Both the position numbers and the translations under genes were made by a program. A DNA stretch of 48,366 nucleotides from Clostridia bacterium (GTDB taxonomy: Bacteria > Bacillota > Clostridia > Oscillospirales > UBA644): contig JAGAOB010000013.1 of the NCBI GenBank assembly GCA_017623895.1, positions 1 to 48,366 on the forward strand, given 5' to 3'. The number at the start of each line of letters is the position of its first letter. The first letter of the stretch is position 1. The notes beneath the pieces were generated by a model that ran no database searches, was not told the origin of the DNA, and saw only the letters and a list, made by a program, of their open reading frames with translations. This document shows, piece after piece, positions 37,409 through 45,855 of this stretch.

Positions 37409-39916
37409 TCAATCCTTCTTCAGACCCAATTTTTCCACCGCGTCCTCCCGCATTTTGTATTTCAGGATTTTTCCTGCGGCGTTCATCGGAAAACGGTCCA
37501 CAAAGTCCACGTAGCGGGGGACCTTGTGCCGTGCCATATTGGCATTGATGTAGGCCTTCATTTCATCGGAGGTCATCGTTTCTCCCTCCTTGAGGATGAT
37601 GCAGGCCATAATTTCCTCCCCGTACTGCTTATCGGGGACTCCGATGACCTGAACATCCCGAACCTTGGGGTGGGTATAGATAAATTCCTCGATTTCCTTG
37701 GGGTAGATATTCTCTCCTCCGCGGATGATCATATCCTTCAATCTTCCCGTGATGTTGTAATTTCCCTCGGGGGTGCGGCAGGCAAGGTCGCCCGTGTGCA
37801 GCCAACCGTCCTTGTCGATGGCGGCGGCGGTGGCTTTGGGCATTTTATAATACCCTTTCATAATGTTATAGCCGCGGGCAACGAATTCTCCGTTCACACC
37901 GTCGGGACAGTCTTCACCCGTCTCGGGATCGACGATCTTACATTCTACGTTTGCAAAGGCAGATCCCACGGTTTCGGTGCGAACCTCAAGGGAATCGTAA
38001 TAGCTGGACATCGTGCATCCGGGGGATGCCTCGGTCTGACCGTAAACCGAAACGATCTCTCTCATATTCATATTGTCGGGCTGTGCCGCCTGCTTCATCA
38101 GGTCGGCGGGACAGTTCGCCCCTGCCATAATTCCGATGCGCATATAGGAAAAGTCTGTCTTCTTGAAATCCTCGTGCTGCATCATTGCAATGAACATCGT
38201 GGGCACTCCGTTGAACGCCGTAATATGCTCGTTGTGCACACACGCCAAGGCAGGCTTGGGCGAGAAATAGGGCAAGGGGTACATCGTCGCTCCGTGGGTC
38301 ATCGACGCGGTCATCGACAGCACCATTCCGAAGCAGTGGAACATCGGGACTTGAATCATCATACGGTCCGCCGTAGACAAATCCATGTGGTCTCCGATAT
38401 ATTTTCCGTTGTTGACCACGTTGTAGTGGGTCAGCATCACGCCCTTGGGAAATCCCGTGGTTCCCGACGTATATTGCATATTGCAAACGTCGTCCTTATC
38501 CACCAATGCGGCCATACGGGCAACCTCGGCCAAGGGGACCTGGGGGGCGCGGGCAAGGGCTTCTTCCCACGTCATGCACCCCGCTTGACGGAATCCTACG
38601 GTGATCACGTTCCGCAAGAAGGGAAGGCGACGGGCGTGAAGGGCATCCCCCGACTTCATCGTCTCCAATTCGGGGCAGAGCTGAGAAATAATCTGACCGT
38701 AATGATTGTCCTTTCCGCCCTCGGTAAGAATCAGCGTATGGGTATCGGATTGACGAAGCAGGTACTCCACCTCCGCGATCTTATACGCGGTGTTGACGGT
38801 GACCAGCACCGCACCGATCTTTACCGTCGCCCAAAAGGCAATGTACCATTGGGGCACGTTAGAGCACCAAACGGCAACGTGATGTCCGGCCTTGACCCCC
38901 ATAGAAATCAAAGAACGGGCAAAGGTATCCACGTCATCGCGAAATTCGCTGTAGGTACGGGTATAGTCCAAGGTCGTATACTTGAAGGCGTATTGATCGG
39001 GGAATTCCTCCACCATACGGTCGAGGACCTGGGAAAAGGTCAGATCGATCAGAAGATCCTTTTTCCACACGAATTTTCCCGTCCGTGCCCGATTGTAATA
39101 CAGGGTCTTCTCGTTACGGGAGGTGTCGTTGTATTGCTTCATATAATTGACGAATTGGGTGAAGATGATCTCCATATCGTCCAATTCCTCAAGCCACTTC
39201 GGATCCCAGACCAAGGAAATAAAGCCGTCGTAATTAACCGACCGAAGGGCAAGCATCATTTCGGAAACGGGTAATTCACCCTCCCCCGCAAGGCGGTATT
39301 CAATTCCGTCTTCGGTCTTAACCCCGTCGCTGAACTGCACGTGCTTGAGATACGCTCCCAGATTCTGAATGATTTGTTCGGGAGTTTCTCCTCCGTCGAA
39401 GTAGGCAGCGGAAAGATTCCACAAGGCAGCAAGACGGTCGCTGGCAAAGCGGTTGAGCATTTCCCTCAATACGCAGGTTTTCGCGAAAACGCCCGACGTT
39501 TCTAACAACAGAGTCACGCCCCGCTCCTCCGCCTCGGGCAGAACCAAGGCAATGCGGCGGACAATTCCCTCCGGGGAAGAACCGTCGTGGGAAATTGCTT
39601 TCAGACGAACGTTGGGGATATGAAGATTCCCCGCAATGGCAAGACAGCGGCGGATCTCATCCACCGTCTCCTCCTCCTTGGAATCATCGGCAAGGTCGCA
39701 CAGCGTGTCAATGCAGGGAATCTGCAGCTTTTTCTCATACAACCGACGGAGCGTTGCGGCGGCGGCATAATCGTGAAACGCCCCGTCGCGATCGGTAAAC
39801 AGGCGATTGTTGACGTTATGTAATTCGATGCCGCCGAAGGACAGATCCACGGCAACGTCGCAAAATTCTTCAAAGGTGCTCTCGTGCCACCCACGGGTGG
39901 AAAAAGAAAGTTTCAT
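37409..39916 (-). CDS. Fusion of a xylose-isomerase/AP-endonuclease-2-like TIM barrel and an acyl-CoA synthetase (AMP-binding)
   Basis: N-terminal KLSFST.G...GIEL...GEG.LP...YDG; C-terminal YTSGTTGFPKG, YGQTE, WLHTGD, GR.KDMIIRGGENIYP.EIE, GKI.K; ATG 39916 after GAGGAGG. Confidence 0.85.
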   Translation of the reverse strand: MKLSFSTRGWHESTFEEFCDVAVDLSFGGIELHNVNNRLFTDRDGAFHDYAAAATLRRLYEKKLQIPCIDTLCDLADDSKEEETVDEIRRCLAIAGNLHIPNVRLKAISHDGSSPEGIVRRIALVLPEAEERGVTLLLETSGVFAKTCVLREMLNRFASDRLAALWNLSAAYFDGGETPEQIIQNLGAYLKHVQFSDGVKTEDGIEYRLAGEGELPVSEMMLALRSVNYDGFISLVWDPKWLEELDDMEIIFTQFVNYMKQYNDTSRNEKTLYYNRARTGKFVWKKDLLIDLTFSQVLDRMVEEFPDQYAFKYTTLDYTRTYSEFRDDVDTFARSLISMGVKAGHHVAVWCSNVPQWYIAFWATVKIGAVLVTVNTAYKIAEVEYLLRQSDTHTLILTEGGKDNHYGQIISQLCPELETMKSGDALHARRLPFLRNVITVGFRQAGCMTWEEALARAPQVPLAEVARMAALVDKDDVCNMQYTSGTTGFPKGVMLTHYNVVNNGKYIGDHMDLSTADRMMIQVPMFHCFGMVLSMTASMTHGATMYPLPYFSPKPALACVHNEHITAFNGVPTMFIAMMQHEDFKKTDFSYMRIGIMAGANCPADLMKQAAQPDNMNMREIVSVYGQTEASPGCTMSSYYDSLEVRTETVGSAFANVECKIVDPETGEDCPDGVNGEFVARGYNIMKGYYKMPKATAAAIDKDGWLHTGDLACRTPEGNYNITGRLKDMIIRGGENIYPKEIEEFIYTHPKVRDVQVIGVPDKQYGEEIMACIILKEGETMTSDEMKAYINANMARHKVPRYVDFVDRFPMNAAGKILKYKMREDAVEKLGLKKD

Positions 39917-39918
39917 TC

Positions 39919-41298
39919 TCAAGCCTCCTCGTAAACGATCTTATTGACGGCGTTGATATAGGCACGAATCCCCGCACCGACGATGTCGGTGGAAATTCCG
40001 TTGCCCGAATACAGCCTTCCGTTGGAGCGAAGCTTTACGATGGCAGACCCTACCGCTTCCTTTCCTTCCGTAACCGATTGAATCTGAAAATCGTCCAATT
40101 CATAGTGGTGGCCGATGATCTGCTCAATGGCCTTAAATGCGGCGTCCATCGGACCGTCTCCGATGCAGATGCCGGGTAATTCCTTCCCGTCCCGCTCCAG
40201 AGTGATCTGGGCACTGGCAGAAATAATATTGCCGTTGTTGATCACGTAGCTTTTCAGCTTATAAGAAGCGGGAACCTGCAGCGCTACGCTGGCAACGATG
40301 GCCTCCAGCTCCTTAGCACCCACGGTTTTACGGTCCGCCACCCGCTGAAACTCTTCGTAGACCCGTCCGTTGTCTTCCTCGGAAAGATCGTAGCCCAAAT
40401 TCATCACCGCGGCAGTAACGGCGTCTTGGTCGTCACTCTTATCCAGATGGATCGTCTGATCGGGTACCGAAGCGGCGGGGGCTACGGGACGATCGCTTTT
40501 GGAATTTCCCGCAATCCAACGGATCTGTCCGACGGTACGGTGAAGCTCGGTTACGCGGACGGTAGAAGAAAACCCGTAGGTATTTCCGCAATTTTGAATC
40601 ATACCCAAGAAGGTTTCCAGAGAAACGCCGTCTCCCTCCACGCAGGTCTTGACGCAATCCGCCCCTGCCCGAACGGCAAGAATGGCGCAGGCGCAGGCAA
40701 GTCCGTTTTTATCGCTGCAACGAACGCTGACAGGGACCGCACAGATCTCCTTGATCCCTGCGGCAAAGCGGGCAAAATCATCGGGCATCATTTCCGCGGC
40801 GCTGTCGCAGACCGAAACCTGGGTAGCCCCCGCAGAAACGGCGGCGACAACGGCAGATTTCAAGAACTCCGATTCAGCGCGGGTGGCGTCCACGGCACAA
40901 AATTCCACGTCAGCGCAAGCCTGCTTGGCAGCGGCAACGGCGGAGGAAATGAACTCCAGCATCTTGGGAGGTTTTTTGTGACTCAAATACTCCATTCCCA
41001 CGGGAGAAAGCGGAACCTCCACACGAATCCGAGAATGAGAAGCACCCGAAAGGGCCTGCAGGGCGTTATCCAAACTGTCGGGAGCAACCCCGACGGCGAC
41101 GGAAAGGATCGCGTTTTTCACAAAAGACGACAAGGTACGAACAAGTAGAATATCCGTTTTTCCGTTCCGAATTTCGGGAAGCTCGATCACGTCAACGGAA
41201 AGGCGTTCCAGCTGACGGGCAATTTCGATCTTCTCCTTGAACGTGTACGCACTGCCTTCCTTGCAGAGCGTCGTGTCTGAAATAACGATTTTCTTCAT
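39919..41298 (-). CDS. 2-isopropylmalate-synthase-like protein with a degenerate catalytic barrel and an intact LeuA regulatory domain
   Basis: SDTT, EKIEIARQLE, DATRAE, GDGPMDAAF, STDIV...AYINA.NK retained; LRDGEQ, HxH, GERAGN and HESGIH absent. Confidence 0.8.
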   Translation of the reverse strand: MKKIVISDTTLCKEGSAYTFKEKIEIARQLERLSVDVIELPEIRNGKTDILLVRTLSSFVKNAILSVAVGVAPDSLDNALQALSGASHSRIRVEVPLSPVGMEYLSHKKPPKMLEFISSAVAAAKQACADVEFCAVDATRAESEFLKSAVVAAVSAGATQVSVCDSAAEMMPDDFARFAAGIKEICAVPVSVRCSDKNGLACACAILAVRAGADCVKTCVEGDGVSLETFLGMIQNCGNTYGFSSTVRVTELHRTVGQIRWIAGNSKSDRPVAPAASVPDQTIHLDKSDDQDAVTAAVMNLGYDLSEEDNGRVYEEFQRVADRKTVGAKELEAIVASVALQVPASYKLKSYVINNGNIISASAQITLERDGKELPGICIGDGPMDAAFKAIEQIIGHHYELDDFQIQSVTEGKEAVGSAIVKLRSNGRLYSGNGISTDIVGAGIRAYINAVNKIVYEEA

Positions 41299-41426
41299 AA
41301 TGATATTCTCCTTTTGCGTTTTTCTTGTTCGTAACATACTTGCGTTCGGTGAAAAAAGTACAAAGCCCCGGGGTCGGCTTACACCGACTCCGGGACCGCA
41401 GAAGCGATAGGTTATCGCTCTATTTC

Positions 41427-42494
41427 TCAATCAATGGGGCAAGTCCAGCCGAAGGGATCTTCGATCTTTCCCCATTGGATACCGGTCAGGGTGTCATACA
41501 GGTGTTGGGTGACGGCGCCGATTTTTCCGTCGTTGATAATATATTTGGTTCCTTTGTAGCATAGCTCGCCGATGGGGGAAACCACTGCAGCAGTTCCGCA
41601 GCCCCAAGCCTCTTCCAGCGTTCCGTTGGATAGGGCCTCTGCCAATTCGTCCACGCTCAATAGGCGCTCGCTGACCTTGTAGCCCTCCTTACGAAGGACT
41701 TCAAGGCAGGATTTTCGGGTAATTCCGGGTAGGATCGAGCCGGAAAGCATAGGCGTGACGATTTCGCCGGCAATCTTGAACATAACGTTCATTGCGCCGA
41801 CTTCTTCAATATACTTGCGTTCCACACCGTCCAGCCAGAGAACCTGGGAATAGCCCTTCTTCTCTGCCCGTTCTCCGGCACGGTTGCTGGCGGCGTAGTT
41901 TCCGCCGCATTTTGCATAGCCCGTACCGCCACGAACGGCACGGACGTCTTCGTCCTCGATCATAATGCGAACGGGATTGATCCCTTCCTTGTAATAGCTC
42001 CCCACGGGAGAAGCGATAACGACGAAGGTGGCATTATGAACCGCGTGAACCCCCAACGTTTCGTCGTTTCCAAACAAAAAGGGACGGAGATACAGGGACG
42101 TTCCGGGGGCGGAGGGCGTCCAATCCTGCTCCATCTTCACAAACTCGGTCAGGGCTTGATACGCATCCTGCTCGGGAATCTGAGGCAGACAAAGACGCTC
42201 CGCAGAATTATTCAGACGGCGGATATTCTCCATAGGACGGAACAGCTGAACCTTCCCGTCGGCACGGCGGTACGCCTTCAGACCCTCGAAAATTTCAGAG
42301 CCGTAGTGCAAAACCGTAGACGCGGGATGGAGGGAAAGATTGGCAAAGGGCACGATGCGTGCATCGTACCAGCCCTTTTCCCGAGAATAATCCATAATAA
42401 ACATATGATCGGTAAAAAACTTTCCGAATCCAAGGGTGGAAGCCTCGGGCTTTTCCTTGGGCGCGGTGGTTTTCGTAACGGAAATATTCAACAT
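41427..42494 (-). CDS. ilvE: Branched-chain amino acid aminotransferase
   Basis: FTDHMF, LHYG..FEGLKAY, LYLRP, AKCGGNYA, EVGAMN, ILPGITR, GTAAVVSP. Confidence 0.95.
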   Translation of the reverse strand: MLNISVTKTTAPKEKPEASTLGFGKFFTDHMFIMDYSREKGWYDARIVPFANLSLHPASTVLHYGSEIFEGLKAYRRADGKVQLFRPMENIRRLNNSAERLCLPQIPEQDAYQALTEFVKMEQDWTPSAPGTSLYLRPFLFGNDETLGVHAVHNATFVVIASPVGSYYKEGINPVRIMIEDEDVRAVRGGTGYAKCGGNYAASNRAGERAEKKGYSQVLWLDGVERKYIEEVGAMNVMFKIAGEIVTPMLSGSILPGITRKSCLEVLRKEGYKVSERLLSVDELAEALSNGTLEEAWGCGTAAVVSPIGELCYKGTKYIINDGKIGAVTQHLYDTLTGIQWGKIEDPFGWTCPID

Positions 42495-42508
42495 AGCCAA
42501 AGCTCCTT

Positions 42509-43042
42509 TCAATAATCTGCGCCCAGCTTCATCGTGTTGAGATTGATCTCAAGCATATCGGCACGCTTGGCGGAGATGACTTTCCCCAAGGCGGTGCGGA
42601 CGCTGTCCTCGTCAAAATCGTTGAGGACCTTCAGAATCTTCCCTACCAGAATCATATTGGCAAGGGTGGGAGTCCCGTTATCGCTTGCCATCTGAGTGGC
42701 GGGAACGGGATAAACCGTCACGTCGGTACGGTTGACGGAACGGGAAACCAAGGTAGAATCGACGAAAATGATTCCACCGGGGGCCACGGAGGATTCGTAT
42801 TTATCCAGAGAAGGCAGGTTCATTGCAACCAAAACGTCGGGGCGGGAAACGATGGGAGATCCCACGGTTTCGTCTCCCACGATCACACCGCAGGACGCAG
42901 TGCCACCCCGCATTTCGGGGCCGTAGGAGGGAAGCCAGCTGACGTTTTTGCCATCCATCAATCCCTTATACGCAATAAATTTACCCGCAAACAGGATACC
43001 CTGTCCGCCGAAGCCGGAAAAGAGAAATTGTTTCGTGCTCAT
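42509..43042 (-). CDS. 2-oxoacid:ferredoxin oxidoreductase gamma subunit
   Basis: GFGGQG, PSYGPEMRGG, ANMILVG. Confidence 0.9.
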   Translation of the reverse strand: MSTKQFLFSGFGGQGILFAGKFIAYKGLMDGKNVSWLPSYGPEMRGGTASCGVIVGDETVGSPIVSRPDVLVAMNLPSLDKYESSVAPGGIIFVDSTLVSRSVNRTDVTVYPVPATQMASDNGTPTLANMILVGKILKVLNDFDEDSVRTALGKVISAKRADMLEINLNTMKLGADY

Positions 43043-43797
43043 TTCGTTTCCTCCTTTGCGGCAGACCGATCCTTATACACGCCCAAGGGGTAGTAGGGGA
43101 TCATCTTCTCGTCGATCCACTCCAGCGCCTTTTGGGGCGTCATTCCCCAGTTGGTGGGGCAGGACGAAAGGACCTCAACCAGGGAGAATCCCTTGCCGTC
43201 GATCTGATTTTGGAACGCCTTCTTAATAGCGGCCTTTGCAGTTTTGATATTCTTTACGCTGTTGACGGTGACACGGGTCAAATATTCGGGGCCGTCCAGC
43301 TCGGAGAGCAACTCACAAACCTTAATGGGGAATCCGCAATGATTGGTATCGCGGCCGTAGGGGGAGGTCTGGGTCACCTGTCCGGGAAGGGAGGTGGGAG
43401 CCATCTGACCGCCCGTCATTCCATAAATGGCGTTGTTAATAAAAATAACGGTGATGTTTTCGTTGCGGGCGGCGGCGTGAACCGTTTCCGCCATTCCGAT
43501 AGAGGCCAGATCACCATCGCCCTGATAAGTAAAGACCACGTGGTTTTCCGGATCGGCACGCTTTACCCCCGTAGCAACAGCAGGTGCCCGTCCGTGGGCC
43601 GCCTCGATCATATCGCAGGCAAAATAATTATACGCCATAACGGAGCAACCGACGGGAGCGACGCCGATGGTCTTTCCCTCAATCCCCAGCTCGTCGATGA
43701 CTTCGGCGACGAGGCGGTGAACGATCCCGTGAGTGCATCCGGGACAATAATGCATAGGAGCGTCGGTTAACGCGTGGGGCTTATCAAATACAACCAT
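43039..43797 (-). CDS. 2-oxoacid:ferredoxin oxidoreductase beta (TPP-binding) subunit, Vor type
   Basis: YCPGCTHG, VGC, HGRA, YQGDGD...INNAIYGMTGGQ, CPTNW. Confidence 0.92.
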   Translation of the reverse strand: MVVFDKPHALTDAPMHYCPGCTHGIVHRLVAEVIDELGIEGKTIGVAPVGCSVMAYNYFACDMIEAAHGRAPAVATGVKRADPENHVVFTYQGDGDLASIGMAETVHAAARNENITVIFINNAIYGMTGGQMAPTSLPGQVTQTSPYGRDTNHCGFPIKVCELLSELDGPEYLTRVTVNSVKNIKTAKAAIKKAFQNQIDGKGFSLVEVLSSCPTNWGMTPQKALEWIDEKMIPYYPLGVYKDRSAAKEETK

Positions 43798-44870
43798 TAG
43801 TTGGCACCTCCGATCTTGGCAGCGGCAGTACGGATGGATTCCAGAACCTGCTCGGGAGAAGGGATCATTCCGCCCACCCGATTGCACAGGGTGACGGGAA
43901 CCTTACATTCGGTAGCAAGACGAACGTCCTCGATCATCTGTCCCATAGACAGCTCCACGGAGATCATCGCCTTGACTTGATCTGCGGCCTTGCGGAAGGG
44001 TACAACGGGGAAGGGCCACAGGGTGATGGGACGAATCATACCAACCTTGATGCCATCCTTGCGGGCCTCGTCGATGGCGTTCTTGGAAACGCGGGCGGCA
44101 ATTCCGAAGGCGGCAATGGCGATGTCTGCATCGTCCATCAAATATTCCTCGTACATCGTTTCGTTTTCTTCGATGGTCTTGTAACGGTCGAAGCGTTCAA
44201 AATTGGTTTGCTCCAACGCAGCAGGATCCAAGAAAAGGGAGTTGACGATATTGTGCTCCCGTTCCAGCTTCGTGCCCGTCGTTGCCCAAGGCTTTTCTAC
44301 GGGAGCACCCACCTTCAGCTCGTTGAGAGCTACAGGCTCCATCATCTGTCCCATCGTACCGTCGGCCAAAAGCATCGTAGTCATCCGATATTTGTCCGCA
44401 AGGTCAAAGCCCTTGACGGTCAGCTCTGCCATTTCCTGTACCGACGCGGGGGCAAGAACAATCATCTTGAAATCGCCGTGTCCGCCTGCGCGAGTCGCTT
44501 GGAAATAATCCGACTGGCTGGGCTGGATTCCGCCCAAGCCGGGACCACCCCGCTGAACATTGACCACCAACGCGGGAAGGTCGGATCCTGCAAGATAAGA
44601 CAACCCCTCCCCTTTCAGGGAAATTCCCGGGCTGGAGGACGAGGTCATAACCCGTTTGCCCGTAGAGGCAACGCCGTAGACCATATTGATGGCGGCGATT
44701 TCACTCTCCGCCTGCAAAAAGCATCCGCCGATCTTGGGCATCCGCTTTGCCATATAAGCGGCAACCTCCGTTTGGGGAGTAATGGGATAGCCGAAATAAT
44801 GACGGCAGCCCGCAATGATCGCGGCTTCCGCAATGGCTTCGTTGCCCTTCATCAAAACTTTATCAGACAC
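43797..44870 (-). CDS. vorB: 2-oxoisovalerate:ferredoxin oxidoreductase alpha subunit
   Basis: MKGNEA, GYPITPQ, QAESE, TSSSSPG, RGGPGLG.IQP.Q.DY, GGHGD; start GTG 44870 (alternative 44879). Confidence 0.85.
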   Translation of the reverse strand: MSDKVLMKGNEAIAEAAIIAGCRHYFGYPITPQTEVAAYMAKRMPKIGGCFLQAESEIAAINMVYGVASTGKRVMTSSSSPGISLKGEGLSYLAGSDLPALVVNVQRGGPGLGGIQPSQSDYFQATRAGGHGDFKMIVLAPASVQEMAELTVKGFDLADKYRMTTMLLADGTMGQMMEPVALNELKVGAPVEKPWATTGTKLEREHNIVNSLFLDPAALEQTNFERFDRYKTIEENETMYEEYLMDDADIAIAAFGIAARVSKNAIDEARKDGIKVGMIRPITLWPFPVVPFRKAADQVKAMISVELSMGQMIEDVRLATECKVPVTLCNRVGGMIPSPEQVLESIRTAAAKIGGAN

Positions 44871-44879
44871 GGTAATCAC

Positions 44880-45086
44880 TCACCTTTCCACTTTGATAAC
44901 GCAGTCGGGACACATCGTTGCGCAGAACGCACATCCCACGCAGGCGGCCTCGTCGGTCAATACCGCAGGGTGATGTCCCTTTTTGTTGATTTGGTCGGGA
45001 GCCAGCTGCAAAAGCTTTTTCGGGCAGGCATCCACGCACAATCCGCAGCCCTTGCAGGAGTCAGTCTTAAAGGTTAATTTTGCCAT
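44880..45086 (-). CDS. 2x[4Fe-4S] ferredoxin (oxidoreductase delta subunit)
   Basis: CKGCGLCVDACP and CVGCAFCATMCP. Confidence 0.92.
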   Translation of the reverse strand: MAKLTFKTDSCKGCGLCVDACPKKLLQLAPDQINKKGHHPAVLTDEAACVGCAFCATMCPDCVIKVER

Positions 45087-45130
45087 ACTACATCTCCGTT
45101 CGAATAGAATGTCGGGGACAATTCCCCACA

Positions 45131-45793
45131 TTACAATTTTTTCTGAAGTTCCAGAGGGAACAGATTTTCAATTTTTCCTTGCAGTTTCGGGAATATTTCT
45201 TTGGGGACAGAGGTCATAACCACGGGAATCGACATCAGATTTGAAACCGTTTCGGCATAAGAAACCGAATCAAAAATCACGTCGGGATCGGTTTCGCGTC
45301 CCAGGTTGGTGTTGTTTACGATCCCCGTAAAGGGAATCCCGCCCGCCGCCTCGATTTCCCGCAGAACGTCCACGGTATCTTGGGGCGTACGGGTCAAAGG
45401 ACGGGAAGCGTTGATCACCGCGAGCATTTCGTAATCCTTTTCCTCTAAAATCCGAGGAGCGATACGACCCAACGCCAAAGCCCCCCGATCGTCTCCCCCC
45501 ACGTCGATGACCACGCGCAGGTCCTTGTCATCGGTCACGGCGTACATATCCTGGGGCAGGGCAGGGAGATCCACGTTGGTGTTGGCGTATTCGGAACAGA
45601 TCAGGCGAATGCCCAGATCCTCGAATTGCCCCCGACTGTCCTTGGAGCGAAAATAGGGATTGACAATGTCCAGATCCGCCACCGCAACCCGCGGATAGCG
45701 TTCCCGCAGAGCGACGGCAAGGTTCACCGCCACGTTGGTTTTCCCGCTTCCGTAATGCCCGCAAAGCAGGGTAATTCGCTTAAAGTCTCTCAT
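45131..45793 (-). CDS. P-loop NTPase (MinD/ParA-like) associated with vor genes
   Basis: GHYGSGKT, DLDIVNPYFRS, DVGGD; alternative in-frame start at 45850. Confidence 0.75.
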   Translation of the reverse strand: MRDFKRITLLCGHYGSGKTNVAVNLAVALRERYPRVAVADLDIVNPYFRSKDSRGQFEDLGIRLICSEYANTNVDLPALPQDMYAVTDDKDLRVVIDVGGDDRGALALGRIAPRILEEKDYEMLAVINASRPLTRTPQDTVDVLREIEAAGGIPFTGIVNNTNLGRETDPDVIFDSVSYAETVSNLMSIPVVMTSVPKEIFPKLQGKIENLFPLELQKKL

Positions 45794-45855
45794 AGGCTTT
45801 TTCTGCTTGGCGATTCCCGCAGGGCGGGAGAATCGCGTGAAGTCTTTCATAAGTA

